A stretch of 64,000 nucleotides of DNA from assembly GCA_032718475.1 (NCBI GenBank), contig JAUCBJ010005958.1, positions 1 through 64,000 on the forward strand, in the 5' to 3' direction. This DNA is from Nemertoderma westbladi. Taxonomy: Eukaryota > Animalia > Xenacoelomorpha. The notes under the pieces were generated by a model. It was not told where the DNA came from. It ran no database searches and saw nothing but the letters and a program-made list of their open reading frames with translations. The translations under genes and the position numbers were made by a program. This document shows, piece by piece, positions 49,253 through 59,689 of this stretch (positions are counted from its first letter, which is position 1; each line of letters starts with the position of its first letter).

Positions 49253-50199
49253 TTAAGTGGGGGGGGGGGGGGGGGGGGGGGGGGTGTGAGGGGGGTATAA
49301 TTATGTATATAACCAGACAAAAGTTGATTGACTGTATATAGAATGTTATCTGATGACAGGGATCCATAGCTATTCGCTTAGAATTTAAACATCATATTAT
49401 ATAGGATATATTTACAATCATCAACTATCCAGTACAGTACCATTATCTACTTACAGCAAATAATAAAAAAAAACAATTATCACATAAACCTCGGCTAATC
49501 ACTTTCAGACAGATTCTGTGAAGGTAATTTCCAGACTGAAATCTGACAGCAAAGATCAGGAAACATTAGTATTCTTCCTGCAGTTTGAAGTAGCGACCAT
49601 TTTATGGTTCCGTATTATTCCGTAATCCTTGTAAATCTTTGAGCTACAAACTGATGCGTTACACAGTTTGATGGGAATAAATTCAATCAGTAAAGCCTAA
49701 ACCACTTATATTATTATGTATATTAAAAATTCAGGTAGGGCATGGAATACTAAATATAGACGGAACCGCATTAGTGTTATTTTTTCGGCCCCGATATTTT
49801 TTTCAATAAAGTGGTAGTATATGCCATAGAAACCCCAGAAAAAAAATTTAAGCAAATTCGACCGGAGCGTTCTCGAGATATAATCCGTCAAAGTTTTCAA
49901 ATTTGCCAACAAGAAATGCAGTGTTGGGGGCGATTTAAGCTTATTTGCGATATATTTCTATGGCAACAAGTAGTACTGCCATTATTCTTGAACTGCGCTG
50001 TTGTAAAATTGATGCGTTGGTTTGTCAACAATATTATTATTACCACAACTAGCTACAGCTGCACTATTTTAAAACAATATTTTAACCGATAATTTTTCGA
50101 TTACAATTAACCAGTAGGCCTACATCGCGGTAACCTTTAGTCTCTACACAGTAGGGTCTTCATTACTTCACTGGCGACACATAGTGAACTATCTACATC

Positions 50200-50314
50200 A
50201 TGCCACGTACTTGTTTAGTTTGCAAGTCAAAAGACCATTTGCACCGGTTTCCTATTGATGTTGCTGTTTGCAATGAATGGAAACAAGCGCTTCGTCAGGG
50301 GCTGAATACGCCAG
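50200..50314 (+). pseudogene. THAP zinc-finger first exon of the P-like transposase
   Basis: MPRTCLVCKSKDHLHRFPIDVAVCNEWKQAL followed by splice donor CAG|GTAAGG. Confidence 0.75.
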
Positions 50315-50920
50315 GTAAGGAATGTTCTACGACATGTTATCTATTTGGTACTACTATAGTATGTGTGTAGCCATGGTACAGCAAATTTATAAAATTTGTA
50401 TGTCTTTTTATTTGGTTTTATTGCATTTTATTATGTTCTAGAACATTGGTGATTGTTCTAGAACCTTAGTAGACATTTTTTCTGACATCTAGTAGTATTT
50501 TTGAAAATAAAAAAAATAATATTTTATTTAGTGTTTTTTTAATATTGGAAAACATTCTAGAATCAATGTTTTCACATTTTTTTATAATTTCAAAAAATAC
50601 TAGCTAGTTAAAAAAAACGGTAAACAACAAGAACAAAGCGAGTCCAACATTACATAGACTACTAATAAACCAAATAGATACCACTGAAGTTGTCTGCTCT
50701 GAACACAGCGAGAAATTCAAACCAAAATTACTACAAAAACTGGTAAACGTTTTCCTTAAGGCTGAGGCTAGTCACATGAAAGAAATTATTGATGAACAGG
50801 AAATGTATAAAACGGGACTGAATGGATTTAAAGCGCCACAGTTATACAAGAAAAAACGGATTCTTTAGTCAGATATTAATCAAAATAACATCCATCCCTT
50901 TCAAAACTGCCTGGCACTGG

Positions 50921-51500
50921 CCTGTCGTCTCTACTACCACTGCCACCCTGGCTGTTGTTTCTACTATCACTCCCACCCTGGTAGTTGTTTCTACTACCAC
51001 TGCCACCATGGCTGTTGACTCTACATCCATTGCCACCCTGGCTGTTGTTTCCACTACCTACCACGTTGCCACCATGGCTGTTGTTTCTACTACCACTGCC
51101 ACGTTGCCACCCTGGATGTCATATCTACTACCACTGCCACCCTGGTAGTTGTTTCTACTACCACTGCCACCCTGGTAGTTGTTTCTACTACCACTGCCAC
51201 CCTGGTAGTTGTTTCTTCTACCACTGCCACCCTGGCTGTTGACTCTACATCCATTGCCACCCTGGCTGTTGTTTCCACTACCTACCACGTTGCCATCATG
51301 GCAGTTGTTTCTACTATCACTGCCACCCTGGTAGTTGTTTCTACTGCCACGTTGCCACCCTGGCTGTCGTTTCCACTACCTACCACGTTGCCACCCTGGC
51401 TAGTTGTTTCTACTACCACTGCCACGTTGCCACCCTGGCTGTCATCTCTACTACCACTGCCACCCTGGCTGATGATTCTACAACCACTGCCACCTGGAGA
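50921..51500. repeat. ~30-bp minisatellite (CTACTACCACTGCCACCCTGGCTGTTGTTT)
   Basis: Many adjacent units with recurrent CCACGTTG insertions. Confidence 0.9.
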
Positions 51501-51580
51501 CTCTGCCAGCAATCAGAATAATAGGAGAATCGCCACTCGTATCTTGACAATCACCACTACTAGTGACAGCTATACATCTT

Positions 51581-51650
51581 TGGAAATGGGGTGTCCAGTA
51601 CTTGGCAGTACTGCTGAAGAGGCCTAAAGCCGGCCGAAACGCCGTTTCTA
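51581..51650 (+). ncRNA. type III hammerhead ribozyme
   Basis: GGTGT-C | CAGTACT-tggc-AGTACTG | CTGAAGA | GGCC-taaagcc-GGCC | GAA-ACGCC: 7-bp stem I, 4-bp stem II, stem III extendable (TGGAAAT/GTTTCTA). GUC site at 51593-51595. Confidence 0.85.
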
Positions 51651-52789
51651 TTAATGGTTTATTATTATTATACTGCATAAAGAATCAATTACATAGCCTC
51701 CCTATACATACTGTATATATTACATTATATAAAGTAGGATAGAATAAATTACTGTTTTCGACACAATGTAGTGCCACAATCACTACACAATTATATTTAA
51801 TTATAAATTGAATTGATATTATATTGTATCAATAGGGTGGGGGGGGGGGGGGGGGGGGGGGAGGGTAATATATAAAACTAATAAAAGTGTCAAAATTAGC
51901 TTCCACAGCAGTGTTTATTTAAATATATTTAATATATATATTATTAATAGATTTTACCTCGTTGCTATAGTTACCTGTGCTAGAAATAAAAATAAATAGG
52001 ATAAAAATAAATAGGGTAGTAGATGCAAAAAATAATTAATTCATGGCAAAACCTAGAAATTTTATGTTTGCCCGGTTTCCATGGAAACGCTCCGGTCAAA
52101 TTTGCTTAAATTTTTTTTCTGAGGTTTCTATGGCATATACTACCATTTTATTGAAAAAAATTTCGGGGCCGAAAAAATAACACTAATGCGGTTCCGTGTA
52201 TATTTAGTATTCCATGGGTAGGGGGGTAACTGGACGCAATAAATTTCATCCCTCTCCAGGGGAAATTCGACGCAAATAACAGATGATTATTCTCAAAAAT
52301 AAACTCTAACCTGTTCTATTGTGTTTAGTTTATTGTTTTGGTTAAAATAACGTGCCACTGTAACCTGTTCCTTTCCCGAAATTGAAAATTTAACATTGAG
52401 GCGGGATATCAATTCGTCAAGATGGGATTTGCGTCCAGTTTCCTCCCTGTCTCTAAAAATTCTGTCACCACCCAAATCAATGGAGTGAAAAGCATTATAT
52501 TGCTCAGTAATGCATATTGACCATAAAGCAAGTTGACGGTTATGTCGTTCCAAAAGCACGTAAGATCCAACTACCCTCCAGACAAGTACTACAAAGATAT
52601 TGATATTACCATTTATAATACAGTCATCTCATCAGGAAATGTCTGATGTTATGAGCACTACTACTATTAATACTACTATAATCGGCCTGCTGCATTTTAG
52701 CGCACTTGATATGCTATGCTGACTTACAAACAACTGGTTTAAATAAAACAATGCAATCCACAAACGGTATGCTGATAATGCAGTATGCA

Positions 52790-53060
52790 TTAAGAATGCT
52801 GTCATCTTATCGACTAACTTGTACGCCATAACTATCTATCCCACATGATGTTCGCGAGATTCTCCCCCATTTTTAAGGCCAGTCACATTTAAGAGGCGTC
52901 TGAAGAATATCATGGGCTGTCCACTAGAGTCCAGTGTCCACCATGCTTATTCTCTCCATCAGGATGCCAAAGCACACGATGGTGGAGCACACACACAGTC
53001 TGGTAAATTTTCGAAAGCAATGTCGTGCCAATATGAGTCCCCTCCAATGATATATTAATT
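52790..53060 (-). mobile_element. old degenerate 3' end of an RTE family 1 relative
   Basis: Similar to 43955-44240 (GCATTAAGAATGCT, CATGGGCTGTCCACTA, CCTCCAATGATAT). Confidence 0.6.
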
Positions 53061-53064
53061 GTGC

Positions 53065-53960
53065 TGTTCTACGCATGTCCTTAGATCATCATAATGATGA
53101 TGGGGTGATGGTAACTCCACCTACTGGCTCCAGAAGTCGAGGAAATCCTGCCAAGTACCTAACTGATTTAGACTTTGCTGATGACTTAACGAGTACTCTC
53201 AGAATCACTAGAGGGAGCCCAACGGCTCCTCAGCTCATTAGAACATGCTGCTTCTAGTGTTGGTCTTTTTATTAACTCCAGAAAGACCAAAATTTTGACA
53301 GTTAACTTTGAAAGTCCTCAGCAAGTCTCTGATCGGATGAGCATAAGCTCAAAGGATGGTATGCTTGAGCATGTGGACGACTTCTGTTACCTGGGATCAT
53401 GGATCCGGAAGTCAGGTGAGGACCTTCGAATACGTAAGGGAAAGGCATGGGCAGCCTTGAATAGGCTTTCCAGGATTTGGAAGTCACCGAGAATTAATCG
53501 GAAACTTACGGTCCGATTATTTAGAGCAGCAGTAGTTCCAGTACTCCTCTATGGGAGTCCATGCTGGGCTCTAACTGCCGAGGACACCAAATCTTTGGAT
53601 GGCACATTCACAAGAATGCTACGCCGGGTTCATTGTGTCAAGTACAATGCACACATCTCCAACCAGACACTGTATAACATTGGAGGTGTCTCATTGCTTC
53701 TCCCAAGCTTGACACTAGAACCAAGTCGCCTCCGCTTTGCAGGACATTGCTTTCGCCGTGAGGACCAGCCAGTGCATAATCGTAGTGCTTCGGCAGCCTC
53801 ATGGAGTGAATAAGCATGGTGGACAGCCCATGACTTTCTTGAGACGCATCTTAAAGGACACTGGCTCTTGAAGATGCGGATGATCTAGCAAATGTCATGG
53901 GTGATAGGGAGTTGTGGCGCCGCAGTTTTGTCGACAAGCCGGCACAGCGTTCTTAAAAAT
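53065..53960 (+). mobile_element. RTE family 1, 5'-truncated copy
   Basis: Near-identical to the reverse complement of 21560-22013 plus 23276-23560. DLDFADD, FCYLGS, RLRFAGHC motifs. Confidence 0.9.
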
Positions 53961-54959
53961 GCAGCTAAGGCCTAACTAATATACGACACCCGATACTGCG
54001 ACACACACTAGTAACGTTAGTGATCAGTTATAATTAGTTTGTCAGCATGTCTCGGTATAGATGGGGTTCCTTAGGGAATCGAATTGTCTTTTTTACATTA
54101 CATTCAAACTCTTTTGATGTCCTATCATTGGGGAAGAAGAACAACAAATTACAGGTATTACTGTAGTGTATAAGAGATATAACCTTACAGTAGATAACAC
54201 GTACTATTCTAACATTTGAATGCTGTATTATGGTTAGCATTAAGTTGTATAGAGCCTGATTGGTGATGTGTTTGTGGGGCGAGCCACGAAAGCGAGCTTA
54301 GCGTGGGTACCACTAACTCAATCGGTGTGTCTGTTGTTCTGTCGTTCTGTTGTGTTCAATTTTAAAAGCACTTTCAAGCCTGTCGTTTAACGGAAATTAA
54401 TTAGCTTATAGTATAAGATTTCAATAATTATACTTAAAAATTATACAGCTGTATTCCCCATACCCCATCCCATTATAGTTTTTAATTATTTCAAGTGATT
54501 TGCTTTAAGAAATGTGTTTTTAATTAATCTAAACGTAATTAAGTTAACAAAATGGCACTTCCAGCTCCCTTATTCATTGTCATGCTTGATATTGCCTATA
54601 GCCTCTAGCTGCTGGCGCTGGGGGAACCAGTCCAACCACCTCACAACTACTTGGCCATGAGTAATTACATCAATAGGACATGGATTGCTTTATCTTGCAA
54701 ATTGATTGGCTGAGTATTTAATCGTGATTCTTTAGAATAATTAGCTAAATAATTTCGTTGAGGTGTTGACATGATAAATTAATATTTCATTATCAATTAT
54801 ATCGGCATAAGGTAAGTTTTAATAATTTTTACAAATTGGGTCGCCTCTATGCCTAAAATTTAAAACACAAATTTCCTGTTAATACCTCTGCCTTTCATTA
54901 ATCCTCTGTGCGCCTTTGGATTGGGGTGCGGTGGTGCAGTCCGGCAGTCGTGCAGATTA

Positions 54960-55200
54960 AGAGGGGGTTGAAGGGGGGAACTTTTCTCTCTTCTTTGATT
55001 TATTCTTATTATTGGTTGTTTGGTTAAATTTCTTAAATGACGATTTTGGGATAGAATTGCTCAATTTTAATCTGTATCTGATAACTGAGCCTCGTGTTGC
55101 GCAAAGGCCCCACGAACGTGTTGTACTCGACACAATGAACCTGGCGTAGCCGTGGCTAGGGTAGGGTTGCTTCCACTGTTTCATGTTTATGTGCACGTAT
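54960..55200 (-). mobile_element. probable Penelope-like element fragment
   Basis: Shares ATCAGATACAGATTAAAATTGAGCAATTCTATCCCAAAAT with 58750-58790, which adjoins a Penelope RT remnant. Confidence 0.5.
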
Positions 55201-56609
55201 CACTTTTCTTACTAAGTAGGCGCTCCATATTAATAAACACATTAAGCCCCGTAATGGGATCACTAGGGCATCCCTACTCACTGCGTCACTTTCAATCATT
55301 TTCTGTCTCATTGCATCTTCTCTTTTAAATGCGGCGAAGAGGTTGCAGAGGTGCCAGTCAATAATTATTCGTGCTCTTAGACTGTCTGCATCCCATTCAA
55401 GCGATTTCCAGTTTGTTAATTTTTCACGAAATTTTAGAAGGTTTAAAACCTCATTAAAAATAAAGCCAACCCAAGCCCGGATGGAAACGATTCAAAAATG
55501 AAAGTTTGAAGTGTCTAAAACAAGGGAATTTTTAAGATTTCAATGGAAATGAACTTGATTTTCACTTTTATATTTTATCACTTTTCTATCAGATGTATAA
55601 CTGTGACGTGATAATTTATCCTCAAAAAATTATAATTTGCTACATAGCTAATCACTGTTAATACTAACTGACTTACGTAATTTTGGAATTTTGGGATAGA
55701 AATTATGACTTCAGTATAGCTGGGATATTCTGTTTTCCGTGAGTCTGTATTTAATTACCACATATTCGAGACGCGACAACAATTTCCTCCCAGTTTCAGC
55801 GAGTTCGTGGGGAACACAGAAATCTGAAGTGCCGGACAATTAAATTAATAACTCTTTCGAGACAGTTTACATAGTGAGTAACGTAGCTAACTTTTTTCCA
55901 GTAACTAATCATGATCAACCATACAAAACACAAAGTTAGGGTGATTAAAGGAATTGCTATTTGTTTAATGCCCCGCTTATTCTTTACAAAACATGTTTTC
56001 CTGACATTTGCGAACAATGGGGTGGAATACAAGTAATTATGAAGATGTTATTGTGGAAATTTATTCACGAGGGATAAAGGAAGCAAACTAGTAAAACATA
56101 TGTTATTTTAGTCAAAAAAAAATATGAGTAGATTATGTTGAACATAATAATTGCAAACGAAACCACACCCTGCGATATATTGACCAATAGGAAGCTAACA
56201 CTGGTAAAAGAGAGAAACTATTTAAATGGAGGCTGGGGGATGGAACACACCCTTGCAAACACTTTTAGAATATCCGATGCATCTTTTATTTCTAATTAAA
56301 ATTTAAAAAATATATTATTTCTAAAATATTGTATATAATTAATTTTTATATATTTGCTTAGAATTAATTACTGATTATAATTAAAAAATCAGTAAAAATC
56401 ATTTGTACCCCAGCCTTTTATGGGTATGAGTGTCTCATGTGTGTATGATATGAGTTAAGTTAAGTTAAAGTATAATCAATTAAATTGATATAAAAAATGT
56501 AAAGTATTGAGGGTCTCTAGCTGGTTATATTATATTAATTAAAGTATTAATTAAAATATTAATTATAACTTATATATATAGACCCCCACCTTTTCCTGTT
56601 AGTTGCCAG

Positions 56610-56656
56610 TACATAGTCTGATGCAGACCGGTAGGTCGAAAACGTTTACTATTGTA
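56610..56656 (+). ncRNA. minimal Penelope-type hammerhead motif with a core insertion
   Basis: ATAGT-CTGATGcA-GACC-ggta-GGTC-GAA-AACGTT-T-ACTAT. Confidence 0.6.
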
Positions 56657-57784
56657 TCTTTATCTAATATAATATAACCAGCTAAAGACCCTCAATACTT
56701 TATTTTTTCTATCATCTTTACACTATGCTGCCGCTGGTGAATGCCTACCACTTCATCCGTTCGTTCAATTAATTTGACATCAATAAAATAAAATAAAATT
56801 GCACAGCATATATTGCATAAAATAAAATCTGATTATTCCTTCAAGTACATACAGTCAGTCGTACACACAATCGTAAATAATAATGATTTTCTGATACGTT
56901 AGGGAGTTGTAAAGTTAGTTTAACTATTATCAATATGTTAGTTATTAAGCTATAATTTTTGTTAGCTATAATTTTGTCGTGTTTTTGTTTTGAAGTTAAT
57001 TATATCCAGGTCATACTCCCTTATATTTCTCGCTTGCCTCTACCTTAGCCGAAAGTGATCCATTGCTAATATTTTCTAAGAGAGTTTTTTTACTGTATTC
57101 ATATTGTAACAGATGTTAGCGAAGGGCAGGGGAAATACTTCTTACACTTTGTGGAGGCGAGACCCTCGAATTGCAAATTAATTGCACCGTAGAACTGGTT
57201 GTATGCCTATTATAACTTTGGTATATATAGTTGTGCCTATCCCATATACCTGTATAATATTTGAATCCATAGGCCTACTATAACTGTTGGTATTATATAG
57301 TTATAACTATTACGTATTCCGGTATTCATACTGCTGTAGTATATATCTCCAAGAACAGTATTATAATAATTAATTTCTGGCTTCAAACAGATATATGAGT
57401 GTCTCATGTGTGATGAGTGACTTATGTGTAGGTGAATGCATTTGCGAACTCTATTGAATTACAGAGGGCACGTGTTGACTGTGGTCAACATTTTACATTA
57501 TCCGCTCACAGATAATTCATAGAAGAAAATATATTATATATAATACATAGAACTAAAATAAAAACGGAGGAGAAAAGTCCAAAATTGCAGTTTTGATAAA
57601 CTTAAACTACCTGATAGCTTGTATATCCGCAATTTACGTCCTTATGGCGTTTCAAAGACGGCCAAGTACAGTAGGTTTGAGAACAGTGGTCTCAGATGTG
57701 TGGTTTGAACGATGGGAGGCCATAGGACATAAATTGCGGACATACAAGGTATCAGGTAGTATTTCCAGGTCTACCTTTTGCATG

Positions 57785-58020
57785 TGCCGCTAGTGGAATG
57801 GTTAGAGCGTCAGACTTCCAACTCGGAGGTCGCCAGTTCGATCCCACCTTAGGGTCAATGACGAATTTGCTAATCTGTGCCCAACGAAATTAATAATAAA
57901 CAAAGAACACGCACAGTGCAGTTATCGGGAAAGACTAATGAGGCCTTCCAGCAAGGTGGAGCTAGCTAGGTTTTATAAAAATATGCTGCCGAGGTTGTAC
58001 AACAATGCCTCATTAGTTAA
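57785..58020 (+). mobile_element. tRNA-derived SINE-like sequence
   Basis: A box TAGTGGAATGG, GTTAGAGCG, B box AGTTCGATCCC. 3' boundary uncertain. Confidence 0.55.
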
Positions 58021-58714
58021 AAATAGGACACAGAATGTTAATTTTTTTGTCCATTTCTGATGCGTTAATGTAGTTAGTTAGAAAAAATAATACTTTTAAT
58101 TAATATAGTATAGTTGGTACCTTCAATCTCAATTCTGCGAAATAATTTGTTAACATCCCCCAACAGTAAAGTGCATGCCTCCCCTAAACACGCTCTAGAC
58201 GAAAATCAGAAGCTTTACAATTATAGTTCAATCTGAGTTCACAATCATAGGAAGTGTTACTAAAGCCAACCTTACGGCGTAATAATCCTCATTATTTCTC
58301 ACCAGACACCTACTCTAAACGATAAGGAAAACACATGCGTTCCCTTTCTATTGTTAGATTTTTTTCTCAAAGGGTAAGCTCTACCTTCATATCTATTATT
58401 TATGCTTTTATTGATTAGGTTTTACACTGACATATATTCATATTATATATACTGTATATACATATTGTTGGGGTGTAAACGTTACGACGACAGCCATGTA
58501 ATTAGCTTTAATAATGGTTGTCGGCGTATCGTTTACACCCGCTTGGTTATTTGCTCTTACATGTTATCCATCAAAATAATTATTGTTTTACAATATCTTA
58601 AATATTGCCAATTTAAACTAGTTCACTATACTTTTGGTTGATGAGAGTTATGCCTTTAATTAATATGATCTGTGTAATTAATTGCCAAATATGTTTTGAC
58701 GTTCAGTTACACAA

Positions 58715-59340
58715 AAACAACACGTTCGTTGGGCCTTCACGAGGCTCATTAATCAGATACAGATTAAAATTGAGCAATTCTATCCCAAAATTGGTATTTA
58801 AGGAATTTAAATAAATAAAAAAGAAATTTAACCAAACCGCCAATAAGAATAAATCAAAAAAGATTGCTATGGAGATGGTATCTAATGACCCTAATACACT
58901 GCATGTACTGGTATCAATGTGTGAGATTTTACTACAATTAGTATTAAACCAGAGAAAATTTATGGTTGAGGACAAATTTTTTGTGCAAATGCGAGGGTTG
59001 CTTATGGGAAATCCAATTCCACCTATTTTAAGCTGCCTTTTTATCTGTCGCGGATCGCTTAGAGGATAAAGCTTGTAAAGGGTTGGGCTTTCTTCCAAAT
59101 GTTTCAATGGTTCAGTTTGACGAGTTATCGGACCAGTTATAGATGATAACTGGACTCTGGTAAATAACGACAAGGTCGATATGTTGCATAATCTTAACAA
59201 ATTAAATAAATATATACAATTTACTGTAGAAAAACAGACTGAAAACGACGATCTACCATTTATTGATACGCTGAGACACTATAAATAGCTATGGGCTAAA
59301 ATACTACTGTATACTAGAAAGCCACGCATTCGATTATATT
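58715..59340 (+). mobile_element. Penelope-like RT remnant
   Basis: FFVQMRGLLMGNPIPPILSCLF and LNKLNKYIQFTVEKQTENDDLPFIDTL are Penelope RT motifs. Frameshifted. Confidence 0.8.
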
Positions 59341-59563
59341 GCGTTCAAATATATACGCATTCATTGGTTTATCTCAGAGAATCAATTACTGCCAATCCTT
59401 ACACATGGTAGGCTCTACAATGTTGAAGCGAAATCATTGTGTTCAATGTGTTTTAGGAAACTAAAAAGTTTATTGTGTCAATTGTGACAATTCCCTTACT
59501 GTATTCACTGCTCACTCCGTTCAAATGAAAATAATGAGATATAAATTAAATTAATTTGCTGAC

Positions 59564-59570
59564 AAAAAAA
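59564..59570 (-). terminator. Pol III terminator (T7) after 5S
   Basis: AAAAAAA on the plus strand directly adjacent to the 5S 3' end. Confidence 0.75.
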
Positions 59571-59689
59571 GCCTACAACACTTGGTGTTCCCTGGCGGTC
59601 TCCCATCCAAGTATTAACCAAGCTCGAAGGGCCTTAACTTTCGCTGATCGGACGAGAAGCGGTGCTTTCCCCTTGATATGGTCGTAGGC
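59571..59689 (-). rRNA. 5S rRNA gene (single dispersed copy)
   Basis: GCCTACGACCATATC..TTCTCGTCCGATC..AGTTAAG..TACTTGGATGGGAGACCGCC..GTTGTAGGC, 119 nt, followed by a T7 run. Confidence 0.9.

Larger units (their letters stand above)
49741..52216 (+). mobile_element. P-superfamily (THAP) DNA transposon deletion derivative
   Basis: ~130-bp TIRs starting CATGGAATACTAAATATA, 7-bp TSD GGTAGGG (49734-49740, 52217-52223), THAP-like first exon inside. Confidence 0.85.

Noticed and set aside
50822-51627. Mucin-like VVSTTTATL / GGSGSRNN ORFs
   Set aside because: Minisatellite translations, with frames broken repeatedly by small insertions.
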